Part shown: piece after piece, positions 28,739-38,074 of the stretch
Numbering within the stretch: position 1 is the stretch's first letter
Layout: each line of letters begins with the position of its first letter
From: a virus
Taxonomy: Duplodnaviria > Caudoviricetes
Virus record (IMG/VR): IMGVR_UViG_3300031853_000003
Coordinates: 91,392 to 155,391 of that record
Direction: 5' to 3' (one strand)
DNA length: 64,000 nucleotides
Translations under genes and position numbers: made by a program
Notes under the pieces: model-generated
What the model was told of the DNA's origin: nothing
The model's database searches: none
What the model saw: the letters and a program-made list of their open reading frames with translations, nothing else

Positions 28739-29521
28739 GTGAGCTACCTGCGATTCGATAAGATGACAATAGATAACATAGATTGCTACGTGCATGCAAA
28801 CATTTCAATCGTGCAAGATCTCGCGGATTCTCAATGGTATATCAGGATACGTGAAAACGGTGTGTGGAATTATCCGTCTTGGGAGCATCCATCGTTCAAG
28901 ACAGTTCAGGCCGCAACAAAATGGTTATCGACAAAAGACCTGGATACAATAACATCTTCTTCTGTATCAATGAATAGAGATATTCAAGATGTAACTAAGA
29001 TACTCGGGTTCAACGAAGTAGCCGACGGTGAATACGTACATTGTGATGATGACCCTAAGATGACGCTGTCTATCACTGCTAGCAGCTTCCGTCTTGACTA
29101 TCTGGGTACATATCAATCCATACATTCTTGCACCGCGCTGATACGCGTAGTAGAGGGTTTGATTAAAGCACATGGTCGACAGCTTGGAGGAGAAATACCA
29201 GTTGCACCAGTCATGGCTGCAATCAACACGCGTAACCTAGCACAAAACATTGTACGTGTAAAATCCTCTAACGTATGGGGATACACTATCAATGTGAAGG
29301 ATAGGAAATCCAAATTCGGGGACGTTATCGTGCAGTTCAAAGGCGAGCACGGTGGTCCTGGTGATATCTATATCTATTATGATGTACCTGTATTAACTTA
29401 TCGCAGATGGCATTCTGCGCCGAGTAAGGGGCATTACTTCTGGGTATACATAAGAAACAATTTCAGATACAGCAAGCTGACTGGCGATAAGCGAGGAAAG
29501 CTTCGTAATGCTGTAAATTAA
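28739..29521 (+). CDS. KTSC-domain protein
   Basis: C-terminal VKSSNV..V.F..Y.YYDVP..Y....SAPSKG.YF..IR. Confidence 0.8.
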   Translation: MSYLRFDKMTIDNIDCYVHANISIVQDLADSQWYIRIRENGVWNYPSWEHPSFKTVQAATKWLSTKDLDTITSSSVSMNRDIQDVTKILGFNEVADGEYVHCDDDPKMTLSITASSFRLDYLGTYQSIHSCTALIRVVEGLIKAHGRQLGGEIPVAPVMAAINTRNLAQNIVRVKSSNVWGYTINVKDRKSKFGDVIVQFKGEHGGPGDIYIYYDVPVLTYRRWHSAPSKGHYFWVYIRNNFRYSKLTGDKRGKLRNAVN

Positions 29522-29528
29522 GGAGGAC

Positions 29529-30281
29529 ATGATGACTAATTTCGGATATCTTATATCAAAGATTGTTGTATACAAACTTCGTCAGATGTTCGGAGCAGAT
29601 CAGGTGACATACGATGATGCTACTGGCAACATCTCAGTATCTGGTATAGACTTCGAGATTCATGAGACATCTGGTTTAACTGCACTCAATGCACTCGTAG
29701 TTGACCAGACACTCGGCTACTCAAAGGAGGTTCATGAAGACAGCGAAGCTAAGTTTGCTTCTGCGATAGCAGACTACATCTTCGATACAGCTTCGGAGTA
29801 TCTAGACGAGGGTCAGCATCAATCTATTGAAGAGTCACAGACGATCACAGCTGCACAGACCGTAGGAACTGTATTCTACCAGGTTACAGAAGATAACGTG
29901 AAAGACGCCCTTCACGGAGACAAAGGTAATATGTGGATGGCCGCTGAATTTGACAGATACAGCTGGGACTGCATTGATGCAGACAAGTCCCTATATGGAA
30001 GCGTAGTTGTAGACGATACGCTGTACCTTTGCGTCACAGACGGACAAGATATCTCTGTTGCTGGCGAGATGGTCAATCCTGAGGAAGCACTTGAGAAATA
30101 TGACCTGGAAACTCTTACATCTTACATTCAGGAATCTACGCCTGATATCATCTTGAGATACATCACCGAGTACGAGATCAAATTCAAGGACATTGAGGAT
30201 ACAGCAATATATCTCCTGGAGGACGGTAACTCCTTTGCTGATATCGTTGAGGCTGCTTCTGACATCGACATTATCGAGTAA
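29529..30281 (+). CDS. Acidic hypothetical protein
   Basis: AGGAGG RBS; 250 aa. Confidence 0.65.
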   Translation: MMTNFGYLISKIVVYKLRQMFGADQVTYDDATGNISVSGIDFEIHETSGLTALNALVVDQTLGYSKEVHEDSEAKFASAIADYIFDTASEYLDEGQHQSIEESQTITAAQTVGTVFYQVTEDNVKDALHGDKGNMWMAAEFDRYSWDCIDADKSLYGSVVVDDTLYLCVTDGQDISVAGEMVNPEEALEKYDLETLTSYIQESTPDIILRYITEYEIKFKDIEDTAIYLLEDGNSFADIVEAASDIDIIE

Positions 30282-30384
30282 TATCGTTCATTAGCCGAGG
30301 CAAAAGACGGTTATTGTAAAATCGTTAATTAGTGTGTAGATGACAAATCATAGTTGTCTACACACTATTTTACTGTAAGGAGAA

Positions 30385-31044
30385 ATGTATATGCCAAAAC
30401 AACACCCGTTATCTGATTTCGAGCTATCTGTTCGCAAGGCATATGGTGACGCTATCTTGCGTCTGAGATCTACTCTCGGCTGGACTCGCAGACAGCTCGC
30501 GGCCTGCACATCTCGGTCTCACAGTTCTATCAAGGACTACGAGATGAACCTCGCTGGTATGCGTTCAAATGTCATGAATCAGATCGCTCGTGCTTTCAAC
30601 TTTCCGATTTCGCGATTATTTCCTGATATCAAAGATGCATTTGATCTCAAGAAATATATCGAGGACATCGATGTGATGAACGACGAGATGCTTGCACGTG
30701 TTCGAGTTGCCGGAGGATGGATTGAACCACCTGTTATTGTTAAGAAGCTTGGGACAACTGCCGACGCTGATGCATCCGCAATCGGCTCAGATTCTACAGA
30801 ACCTTCTGAGGAGAATCCTTTCCAGATCATCGCCAAGCTGATTGATACAATCGGTGAAGTTAAACTCTGCAACACGACAGAGTCTAAGCAAGCTCCTGTG
30901 TATGGAACCTTTGCTACTTCGTATTCTATCATCGTAAAAATGCAGAATAAGAACATGATCTCCGACGACGTAGCTGTTGCCGCTAAGAAATCGCTCATCG
31001 AACACTATTCAAGAGGTGATGTTAAGTTTGACTCTGAATCCTAA
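30385..31044 (+). CDS. XRE-family HTH protein
   Basis: [13 protein letters not shown]....S.S.IKDYE. Confidence 0.75.
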   Translation: MYMPKQHPLSDFELSVRKAYGDAILRLRSTLGWTRRQLAACTSRSHSSIKDYEMNLAGMRSNVMNQIARAFNFPISRLFPDIKDAFDLKKYIEDIDVMNDEMLARVRVAGGWIEPPVIVKKLGTTADADASAIGSDSTEPSEENPFQIIAKLIDTIGEVKLCNTTESKQAPVYGTFATSYSIIVKMQNKNMISDDVAVAAKKSLIEHYSRGDVKFDSES

Positions 31045-32026
31045 ATCTATCAAGGCTCTGCTCGATAAAAGTATCGTCGGGCAAGACGACGCTAAGAAAG
31101 CTCTAAGCATCGCAGTCTACAATCATTGCATACGCTGCAACAATCCGTCAGCTGGTATTGAGAAATCAAACATCTTGATGATTGGACCTACAGGTACCGG
31201 CAAGACGCTGCTTGCAAAGACGCTTGCAAGTAAGTTAAACATTCCGATCGCTATTGCTGATGCAACATCTCTCACGCAGGCTGGATACGTCGGAGAAGAT
31301 GTAGAAAACTGCTTGCTGAGATTGTATCAAGCTGCAAACGGCAACCTGAATGCTGCCGAACACGGAATCTTATTCATTGATGAGATTGATAAGATAGGTC
31401 GTAAAGCTGAAAGTGCATCTATCACTCGTGATGTATCAGGTGAAGGAGTTCAGCAAGCTCTTCTGAAGATGCTTGAAGGATCTACCGTCAATGTTCCAGC
31501 ATCTGGAGGACGTAAAAGGCCTGACGGAGCTGACTACATAAAGATGGATACGTCTAACATACTTTTCATCTGCGCAGGTGCCTTTGAAGGTATCAACTAC
31601 AATAAGCCTATCACCACGTCAGAACTTCAGAAATTCGGCATGATGCCTGAATTACTTGGACGTCTTCCTGTTGTAACTCAGCTCAATCCGATGACTGAAG
31701 AAGATCTCATTCACATTCTGACTGTTCCGGAAAATTCAATCGTCAAGCAGTACCAGAAGCTATTTGAGTTGAATCACTGCTCTCTCAAGTTCGAAGCATC
31801 AGCCTTATCTTGTATAGCAGACTACGCTATGAAAAAGAAGATTGGGGCAAGAGGTCTTCGTACAATCATGGAGAAAGTCCTTCAAGATCACATGTTTGAT
31901 TTTCCAGATGCTGGATCTGTTTCTATCTCAAAATTTGATGTAATGTCGAAGTTCAGTGCTGAAATTGATGATACAGGTCTATATGCTGTAGATGTACCAC
32001 GTAACCTGAAATTCCTGAATCGTTAA
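31028..32026 (+). CDS. clpX: ClpX-like AAA+ unfoldase lacking ZBD and IGF loop
   Basis: [52 protein letters not shown]; start probably TTG 31028 (or ATG 31019). Confidence 0.92.
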   Translation: MTLNPKSIKALLDKSIVGQDDAKKALSIAVYNHCIRCNNPSAGIEKSNILMIGPTGTGKTLLAKTLASKLNIPIAIADATSLTQAGYVGEDVENCLLRLYQAANGNLNAAEHGILFIDEIDKIGRKAESASITRDVSGEGVQQALLKMLEGSTVNVPASGGRKRPDGADYIKMDTSNILFICAGAFEGINYNKPITTSELQKFGMMPELLGRLPVVTQLNPMTEEDLIHILTVPENSIVKQYQKLFELNHCSLKFEASALSCIADYAMKKKIGARGLRTIMEKVLQDHMFDFPDAGSVSISKFDVMSKFSAEIDDTGLYAVDVPRNLKFLNR

Positions 32027-32099
32027 ACAAAAGTGAGATAAGGTCAGTAGATACACAACTTGCTGACTACGTCATCTACAATATCAAGGAGGAATACAA

Positions 32100-33074
32100 A
32101 TGTCTGCAAACATTGACACTATGCTGTACGTAGGAGAGACTCCGTGGCACGGACTCGGCGTAAAGTATGACGCACCGCCCAAAACTTCAGAAGAGATCAT
32201 CAACGGTGCCTCCCTCGGCTGGGAAGTAGGCGCAGAGCCTATGAAGACAGATCTTCACGATAAGATCTACGGCTACCATGCTATCTATCGCAAAGACAAC
32301 AACGAGGTGCTCGGCGTTGTAAACAACGGCCACCCTCAGATCGTTCAGAACCGCGATACGTTCAACACCTTCAACAGAATGATCGGAAGTGATCTCGATG
32401 TTGAGACCGCTGCCAGCCTAGGACGCGGAGAAACCGTATTCGGCTGCTTCAAGATCAACGGCGGATTCAAGGTCATTGATGACGATGTAGACCATTACTT
32501 CGTCGTTCTCAACGACCATCTCCGACCCGACGGTAAGATCACAGTCCTCAACACTCCGGTACGTGTTGTATGTCAGAACACACTGTCTGCTGCGCTCAGC
32601 AACAGCGCCTACAAGCTGAGAATCCCGATCATAGATGATTTCAGCGTCAACGAGTCGATGGCCATCAAGCTCAAAGAGTCTGTCGGCACCGCTATCGACA
32701 GCCTGAATCGCAGAGCTGAAAAGATGCTCAAGATGAAGATTACCCGCTCCGAGATCGACACCATCCTCGACGAGCTGTTCCCGTACATGACAGGCTCCGA
32801 CGGAACTATGCTCGACAATGCAGCAAACATGAACCAGTCAGTTGTCCGCGATACGTTCACACAGTGCCTTGCTGTCGACAACCTCGCGAACTACAGAGGT
32901 ACTGCATGGCAGATCATGAACGCTCTGACAGACTTCACTCAGCATTATTACAAGAAGGTTGAGAAGAGCTTCGACCTCAACTACCGCATGAAGAAGCTGC
33001 CCGGCGTCGGACAGCCTACCGAGACAGATCTCGTCGCCAAGTATCTCAAGATGGCAGACAAGCTCGTCGCCTAA
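32100..33074 (+). CDS. DUF932 / TIGR03299-type phage-plasmid protein
   Basis: M.YV.ETPWHGLG, VQN, ETA.SL, TPVRVVCQNTL, GTAW..NA. Confidence 0.85.
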   Translation: MSANIDTMLYVGETPWHGLGVKYDAPPKTSEEIINGASLGWEVGAEPMKTDLHDKIYGYHAIYRKDNNEVLGVVNNGHPQIVQNRDTFNTFNRMIGSDLDVETAASLGRGETVFGCFKINGGFKVIDDDVDHYFVVLNDHLRPDGKITVLNTPVRVVCQNTLSAALSNSAYKLRIPIIDDFSVNESMAIKLKESVGTAIDSLNRRAEKMLKMKITRSEIDTILDELFPYMTGSDGTMLDNAANMNQSVVRDTFTQCLAVDNLANYRGTAWQIMNALTDFTQHYYKKVEKSFDLNYRMKKLPGVGQPTETDLVAKYLKMADKLVA

Positions 33075-33089
33075 CATACACAAAGAAAC

Positions 33090-33116
33090 AGCCGGTGGTA
33101 AGATAAACCACCGGCT
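33090..33116. terminator. Terminator between convergent genes
   Basis: AGCCGGTGGT..ACCACCGGCT perfect stem. Confidence 0.8.
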
Positions 33117-33131
33117 ATATTTATGTAAACA

Positions 33132-33902
33132 TCAATCTTCGATGAAATCAACCTGTTGTTGTAATGCTGTTCGGAGCTTCTTTTCTGCTCCTGGTAATAG
33201 TCGTTTCAGTTCCCAGAAGTCTAGACCGTATATGTCCGCCATCTCATACAGCTTATCATCTGTGAGTCTACACTCTTGAGAAACCATTTCATGTATAAGC
33301 AATTCTTCGAGCGAATTGTAATTGTCATTCATTGTATCAAGAATACTTGTGTGTTGTTTTGGAGCTTCTATAAACAATGCAGACGTTTCTAGATCTGCCC
33401 AGTACACTGTTCCGAATATGGCCTTGAGAGAGTTTAACTTATCAGCTGGTAGATTTACTTTACTGAGATCTTCGTAGCGTACTTTGCCCCAATGCTTGCC
33501 AAGCTGTGCACCTGCTTCCATACACAACGACCGTCTTACTGAATACTTGACTTCGTTGAGCTCTCGTTCAATCATCTCACCTACACGAGGTTTGAAAAAC
33601 ACTGTGAATGATAGATCCTGACGATATCCCTTATGATTCTCATCGCCTTTCCACTTGTACCACCACCAGCATTCACAAAAATGCATCAGAGCCGATTGAA
33701 ACTTATCCTCGTATGTAACAGATGAATTATGTATGTAGGTATGTGTAGCAACATATCCAAAGAACGCATAATTGAGTTCAACTATTTCATCCCGAGCATC
33801 TAAACACTTTATTCGCTGTTCTTTATCTTGTGGAAGTGAGTCATATATCTCAAGTGTTCGTTGTTTTACTTGTTCTGATTTTGATAACTTGTTATCCGCC
33901 AT
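33132..33902 (-). CDS. Divergent sigma70-family factor (candidate late sigma)
   Basis: ARDEIVELNY..YVA..YEDKFQ..SFTVFF.PRV..I resembles region 2; C-terminal EMADIYGL..KKLR resembles region 4. Confidence 0.7.
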   Translation of the reverse strand: MADNKLSKSEQVKQRTLEIYDSLPQDKEQRIKCLDARDEIVELNYAFFGYVATHTYIHNSSVTYEDKFQSALMHFCECWWWYKWKGDENHKGYRQDLSFTVFFKPRVGEMIERELNEVKYSVRRSLCMEAGAQLGKHWGKVRYEDLSKVNLPADKLNSLKAIFGTVYWADLETSALFIEAPKQHTSILDTMNDNYNSLEELLIHEMVSQECRLTDDKLYEMADIYGLDFWELKRLLPGAEKKLRTALQQQVDFIED

Positions 33903-34098
33903 ATACGTCTTTCCTTCACAATACACAAAGTACTTCGCCTAATTCTATAACGATTTCCATTCAATTATTCATCAATTTGTTGGTTTTCGCCAAAGTTTGA
34001 AGAATTGGCCAAAAACGCCAAAGTTGATAGATTTCATCAGAATCATAAAATTTTTCTTATGAAATTCAAATGAAAATTATCCATCTTCCTACAATAAA

Positions 34099-34127
34099 AT
34101 TATATAAAATTCTGGGTGAAAAGTCAA
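34099..34127 (-). promoter_or_regulatory. sigmaA-type promoter upstream of the sigma gene
   Basis: Minus-strand TTGACT-N17-TATAAT. Confidence 0.75.
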
Positions 34128-34133
34128 GTGGTA

Positions 34134-34763
34134 TCACAATATTTCTATATCAGATGGTTCTTCGCCATCAAGATAGAACTTCCGTAGTTGATCAATAGAC
34201 GACATAGTTTTGCCATATTCTATAACTTCTCCTGCACTTATGAATAGCCCCTTAGACGGATATACATAGGACCTGCTATCAAGGAATTCAAAATGATATC
34301 CAAAACAATGGTCCCCACTCTTGCAAGCAGCTTCAATGGCGTATCTCGGAATACCCAGTATAGCTTCTGCAGCCTGTAATGTTGTGAATACTTTATCAAG
34401 TTCTTTGCACAGAACTTGTTTACCAGTATACTGTCCAGTTCGATAACCATGAAGTGTATTTTCTGCATAAGTAGACCACTCTAAGTTGGTGACACAGTTG
34501 TTGGACTTGTTACCATCTATGTGGTTGACGACTTTCTTATTCTCAGGATTTGGTATGAACGCTGTTGCTACAAGTGTATGAACACGCGGTTGTTTACCTA
34601 GAATTGACACAGTTTGATATCCATCAGTTGTTTGGTGCAACTGTACATAAGATACACGATCTCCATAGTTGATGCGAATACGTCCTTTGTTGGATACCTC
34701 ATATCCTAGCGGATACCCTTCCATATGTTCCCAGTATTCTTTTGGCGCTACAGGTGAGCTCAT
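34134..34763 (-). CDS. NUMOD4-HNH homing endonuclease
   Basis: YEVSNKGRI, VH.LVA.AFIPNP, VNHIDGNKSNN...NLEW; GGAGG RBS. Confidence 0.9.
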   Translation of the reverse strand: MSSPVAPKEYWEHMEGYPLGYEVSNKGRIRINYGDRVSYVQLHQTTDGYQTVSILGKQPRVHTLVATAFIPNPENKKVVNHIDGNKSNNCVTNLEWSTYAENTLHGYRTGQYTGKQVLCKELDKVFTTLQAAEAILGIPRYAIEAACKSGDHCFGYHFEFLDSRSYVYPSKGLFISAGEVIEYGKTMSSIDQLRKFYLDGEEPSDIEIL

Positions 34764-34812
34764 AGTTATTCCTCCTAAATGATTGATATGTAGTTCTATG
34801 ACGAACAGCTTT

Positions 34813-34841
34813 ATTATAAGATATACATACAAATTTGTCAA
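34813..34841 (-). promoter_or_regulatory. sigmaA-type promoter of the HNH gene
   Basis: Minus-strand TTGACA-N17-TATAAT. Confidence 0.8.
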
Positions 34842-34849
34842 TACCTTTT

Positions 34850-35170
34850 TGGATGTTTTTTGTTGAATTTGTCAGACTCTTTATTGATTACAGTTGAAAG
34901 TTAAATGAGTAATTTGATTGAAAACGTTCAAATCTGTGTATACAAATTCGGCTGAAAACAGTAACACATGGTACAAATTCGGCTGAAAAACACCAAGTTG
35001 ACCACATAAATATAAAATATATATAATAAATAATATATAACAAACATTATATCAAAAAATAAAATAATTAAATTATTAAGTAAAATTAAGCCCTGGTGTG
35101 ATTTTACTAGTGATACGCATTGACGTTGTTTCATGCGGTTTTTCAAAAATTTTCTTGAGAAATTTTGATT
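34850..35170. other. Putative replication origin
   Basis: 18-bp direct repeat TACAAATTCGGCTGAAAA (34941, 34972) and an extremely AT-rich tract 35006-35089, between divergent promoters and upstream of the helicase operon. Confidence 0.55.
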
Positions 35171-35176
35171 TACCCC

Positions 35177-35205
35177 TTGACAAAATTCTTCGTAGGGCTT
35201 ATAAT
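35177..35205 (+). promoter_or_regulatory. sigmaA-type promoter
   Basis: TTGACA-N17-TATAAT. Confidence 0.85.
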
Positions 35206-35232
35206 AACACATGTAGTCAATAGACAGAATTC

Positions 35233-35394
35233 AGCGAAGTGAGGACGTTGGATTTGTGAAGCATGGTGAGATGGCGCCTCACTCGTCGTCTTACACGGTT
35301 TCAATTTTAAGGTATTCCGAATGTCCCGGGAACATTGTCGTGAGAAACCTGCCGGAAGAGAGTGCTTCATGAATCCAACGTCCTCACTTTTGCT
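35233..35394 (+). ncRNA. Rod-like structured RNA closed by a ~31-bp stem
   Basis: AGCGAAGTGAGGACGTTGGATTTGTGAAGCAT pairs with GTGCTTCATGAATCCAACGTCCTCACTTTTGCT using G-U pairs. Confidence 0.6.
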
Positions 35395-35443
35395 ATGTGC
35401 GATTCGTCATATACTATGAAGAGATTTAGAAAGGTGGTGTACT

Positions 35444-36340
35444 ATGGACATATACGGTGCAGAACAGAATGCAAAGAAACTGCTCAAATATGTTCAAGAC
35501 ATCGCTGCTAACAGACCAAGAATGTACGGACCTACTCGTGACAGATTGAAGCACGTTGCGTCAGTCTGTGAGAGTATTGTAGGAACTGTATCAGCATTCT
35601 TAGAAGAGGAGATCCTCGCTGCTGAAGATACAGAGGAATTTGAAAGAGATAATTCAGACATACAAGATGTTCTATCTAATATCCAATCCAGTATCTCGCA
35701 GTTGCAGAATTTCATCACACCTCAACCTGTAGTGAGTCAAACGTCAGAGGGTCAAACTTCAGATAAGTTGTCGTCGCAGAATAAGAAGAAACTGGTTTCT
35801 ATCTACTTCGATATGCTGAACAAGACTCGGTGTGACGAGAGTAAATCTGCTCAAGAGTGTGTAGATATACTTCGACTATGGTATCGAAGTAGATTCTTTG
35901 ATTCTAAGAATACTGGGTTCAGATACAATGTGCGTAGGATACCTTCTTGGATAATCAGCATTGTAATAGCATATGGCAAAAGCATACATGACGGAAATCA
36001 GTCATCATTTGTCTACACGTTTACAAGCTGGTGTGAGTCACTGAAGGAGAAAGATGCGTCTGTACCATATGCTGTTCCATATGATATATATCAGATATGC
36101 TCTAACATCTCCGCAGATGATATCACATTACAGGCTGTAATACTTTGGGACATCTTATGGAGTAATGGGTTCAATAGAATTGATCAGTCTGAGGATGATT
36201 CATATGAATCGGCGGTGTATCAGAAATGTGTCGAGTTGAATCCATCTGAATTAGATAAGTATCGGAACTATCAATCTGATTCATCTGTGATACGAGAATT
36301 TCATCTAGATTATTCATCATCAGGAGGTGAAGTCATATGA
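35444..36340 (+). CDS. Hypothetical protein (first gene of replication operon)
   Basis: 298-aa ORF with RBS. Confidence 0.7.
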   Translation: MDIYGAEQNAKKLLKYVQDIAANRPRMYGPTRDRLKHVASVCESIVGTVSAFLEEEILAAEDTEEFERDNSDIQDVLSNIQSSISQLQNFITPQPVVSQTSEGQTSDKLSSQNKKKLVSIYFDMLNKTRCDESKSAQECVDILRLWYRSRFFDSKNTGFRYNVRRIPSWIISIVIAYGKSIHDGNQSSFVYTFTSWCESLKEKDASVPYAVPYDIYQICSNISADDITLQAVILWDILWSNGFNRIDQSEDDSYESAVYQKCVELNPSELDKYRNYQSDSSVIREFHLDYSSSGGEVI

Positions 36341-37455
36341 ATATAGAATTCACTCAGATTCCAGACAAACTGAAGTACCCGCCTAGGCACAAAGCAATTT
36401 TATCTACTATGCACTCTGATGTAATCGCCTATGTGTCATCACATTTCAAGAATACGTATTCATATAGATCTAAAGTAACTGCTGTGATGAATACATTATC
36501 ATATATCATACTCAACGGAGAGGCTATGCCATTCAGTTGGAACCCTAATGCTCCGCTGAGTTTAGATACTGTAGATGAGTTTATGTGTAAGTCATCACTA
36601 GGTGATCTGTTTCTTGACGAGAGGAAAATCACTTGGGACATTGAACCAGTTGAAGAAGTCCCCGTAAGTGCAACTCGTGCTGCGGTGACAAAGAAAGTTG
36701 AAGAACCCGTTAGAGATAAACCCTCTGTACTTCCAACTCCTAAAGAGGATCTCTATATCAAACCACCTACTATACCTCAGTACAACAAGGATAAGGTGTG
36801 GATGTCAGGTTGGATGAACGGAGAACAATATGTCATATATGAGTCATTACCTCGTGTGCCTACTCGTCAGAATGAGATATCTGTAACCACTGACCTAACA
36901 TATTTTACAGATGATGATCTGCTCAGGTTGTTTCCGAATCATCTTATCAAGACTCGAGCAGCTTGCATGTATGAGCATATTGACGGAATAGATTTTGCTG
37001 AAGACATCGGTCTTATTCTCCCTATAGAGGGCTACACTCGAGAACAGCTGTTGAACAACATCATACAGTATCCTCACATATTCAAGCTAACTCGACTGAT
37101 TGAAGGTCAAATCGTTAGTTTCTATACATCAATTGAAGTTGACGGCGAACTGCGAAATGTTGCTGAGATATGGGATGATATTCCTGAATCTGCTGTAATA
37201 CCTCGTACTTCTGAATTTATCAAGGAGTATGTAGTGAGGAGGTATCTACTTGAGCGTGATGTCAAAGGAATACAACATAAGTATCCTATCTTCGGTAGAT
37301 TGGATCCATTCTTAACATTATTCACTACGCAAGATCACTACGCTGACTTAGGATTCAAAGATCCTATAGAGTTGGCGAAACAATGTGTGAGTTCTCGCGT
37401 AGCATACAAGCAGTCTCGAAATCCTATCATAAGGGGGTTGAGATCAAATGCATAG
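36337..37455 (+). CDS. Hypothetical protein
   Basis: 372-aa ORF, GGAGGTG RBS, coupled. Confidence 0.7.
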   Translation: MNIEFTQIPDKLKYPPRHKAILSTMHSDVIAYVSSHFKNTYSYRSKVTAVMNTLSYIILNGEAMPFSWNPNAPLSLDTVDEFMCKSSLGDLFLDERKITWDIEPVEEVPVSATRAAVTKKVEEPVRDKPSVLPTPKEDLYIKPPTIPQYNKDKVWMSGWMNGEQYVIYESLPRVPTRQNEISVTTDLTYFTDDDLLRLFPNHLIKTRAACMYEHIDGIDFAEDIGLILPIEGYTREQLLNNIIQYPHIFKLTRLIEGQIVSFYTSIEVDGELRNVAEIWDDIPESAVIPRTSEFIKEYVVRRYLLERDVKGIQHKYPIFGRLDPFLTLFTTQDHYADLGFKDPIELAKQCVSSRVAYKQSRNPIIRGLRSNA

Positions 37456-38074
37456 TTGCATCTTTGCAGCTCATTGCGTAGACGCAGTATGTGATAATTC
37501 TTGCCCTAAGTTTGTTGAAACATCTTATCTGCTTGAGCGTAACGGAATAACTGATAAAAGCTCAGTGTTCCAAGCTCCTCCAGAGAAGTTATCTACAATG
37601 TCTCGAATTCTTACTGAGTCTGATGGTAAGCTGAAAGTAATTGCTGCTGAGGATAGCACAGTTACAACAGCAGAGTTATTCACATATTGTGCGATATGCC
37701 ACAATTGGTCAGGTAGTAGGCTACATTGTAGTGTATACAATCTGAGATATTCTCTATACATGGAAGAACTCAAGAAGAGTTGGTCAATAAAGACTGAACC
37801 AGATTCTCTAGAGTACATGCGTATATGGGCGAAGTCTGCTAAGGTACTTATCATTTCTGGTATGGATTATGTCCACTTTGGAGATTTTGAATCTCAGACA
37901 CTTCTGAATATCCTTCAGGAAAGAGAGGGTACAGGACAAACTACTATCATCATACTTCCAAAGCCTATACGAAACAAACAGAATCTTCCTAATGATGTCA
38001 CGAGTGGCCTCATAGGTAAGAATAGCGACTTCTTCCGAAGGTTGACGATGAAGCTGAGGGAGGGCGCTAAATGA
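37448..38074 (+). CDS. Degenerate DnaC/IstB-like helicase loader
   Basis: Cys-rich N-terminus, KVLIISGMD...ESQTLLNILQER...TTII resembles the DnaC core; directly before the helicase. Confidence 0.55.
   Translation: MHSCIFAAHCVDAVCDNSCPKFVETSYLLERNGITDKSSVFQAPPEKLSTMSRILTESDGKLKVIAAEDSTVTTAELFTYCAICHNWSGSRLHCSVYNLRYSLYMEELKKSWSIKTEPDSLEYMRIWAKSAKVLIISGMDYVHFGDFESQTLLNILQEREGTGQTTIIILPKPIRNKQNLPNDVTSGLIGKNSDFFRRLTMKLREGAK

Noticed and set aside
34928-35370. Minus-strand ORFs 34928-35212 and 35170-35370
   Set aside because: Low-complexity translations across the AT-rich origin and structured RNA, with no RBS.
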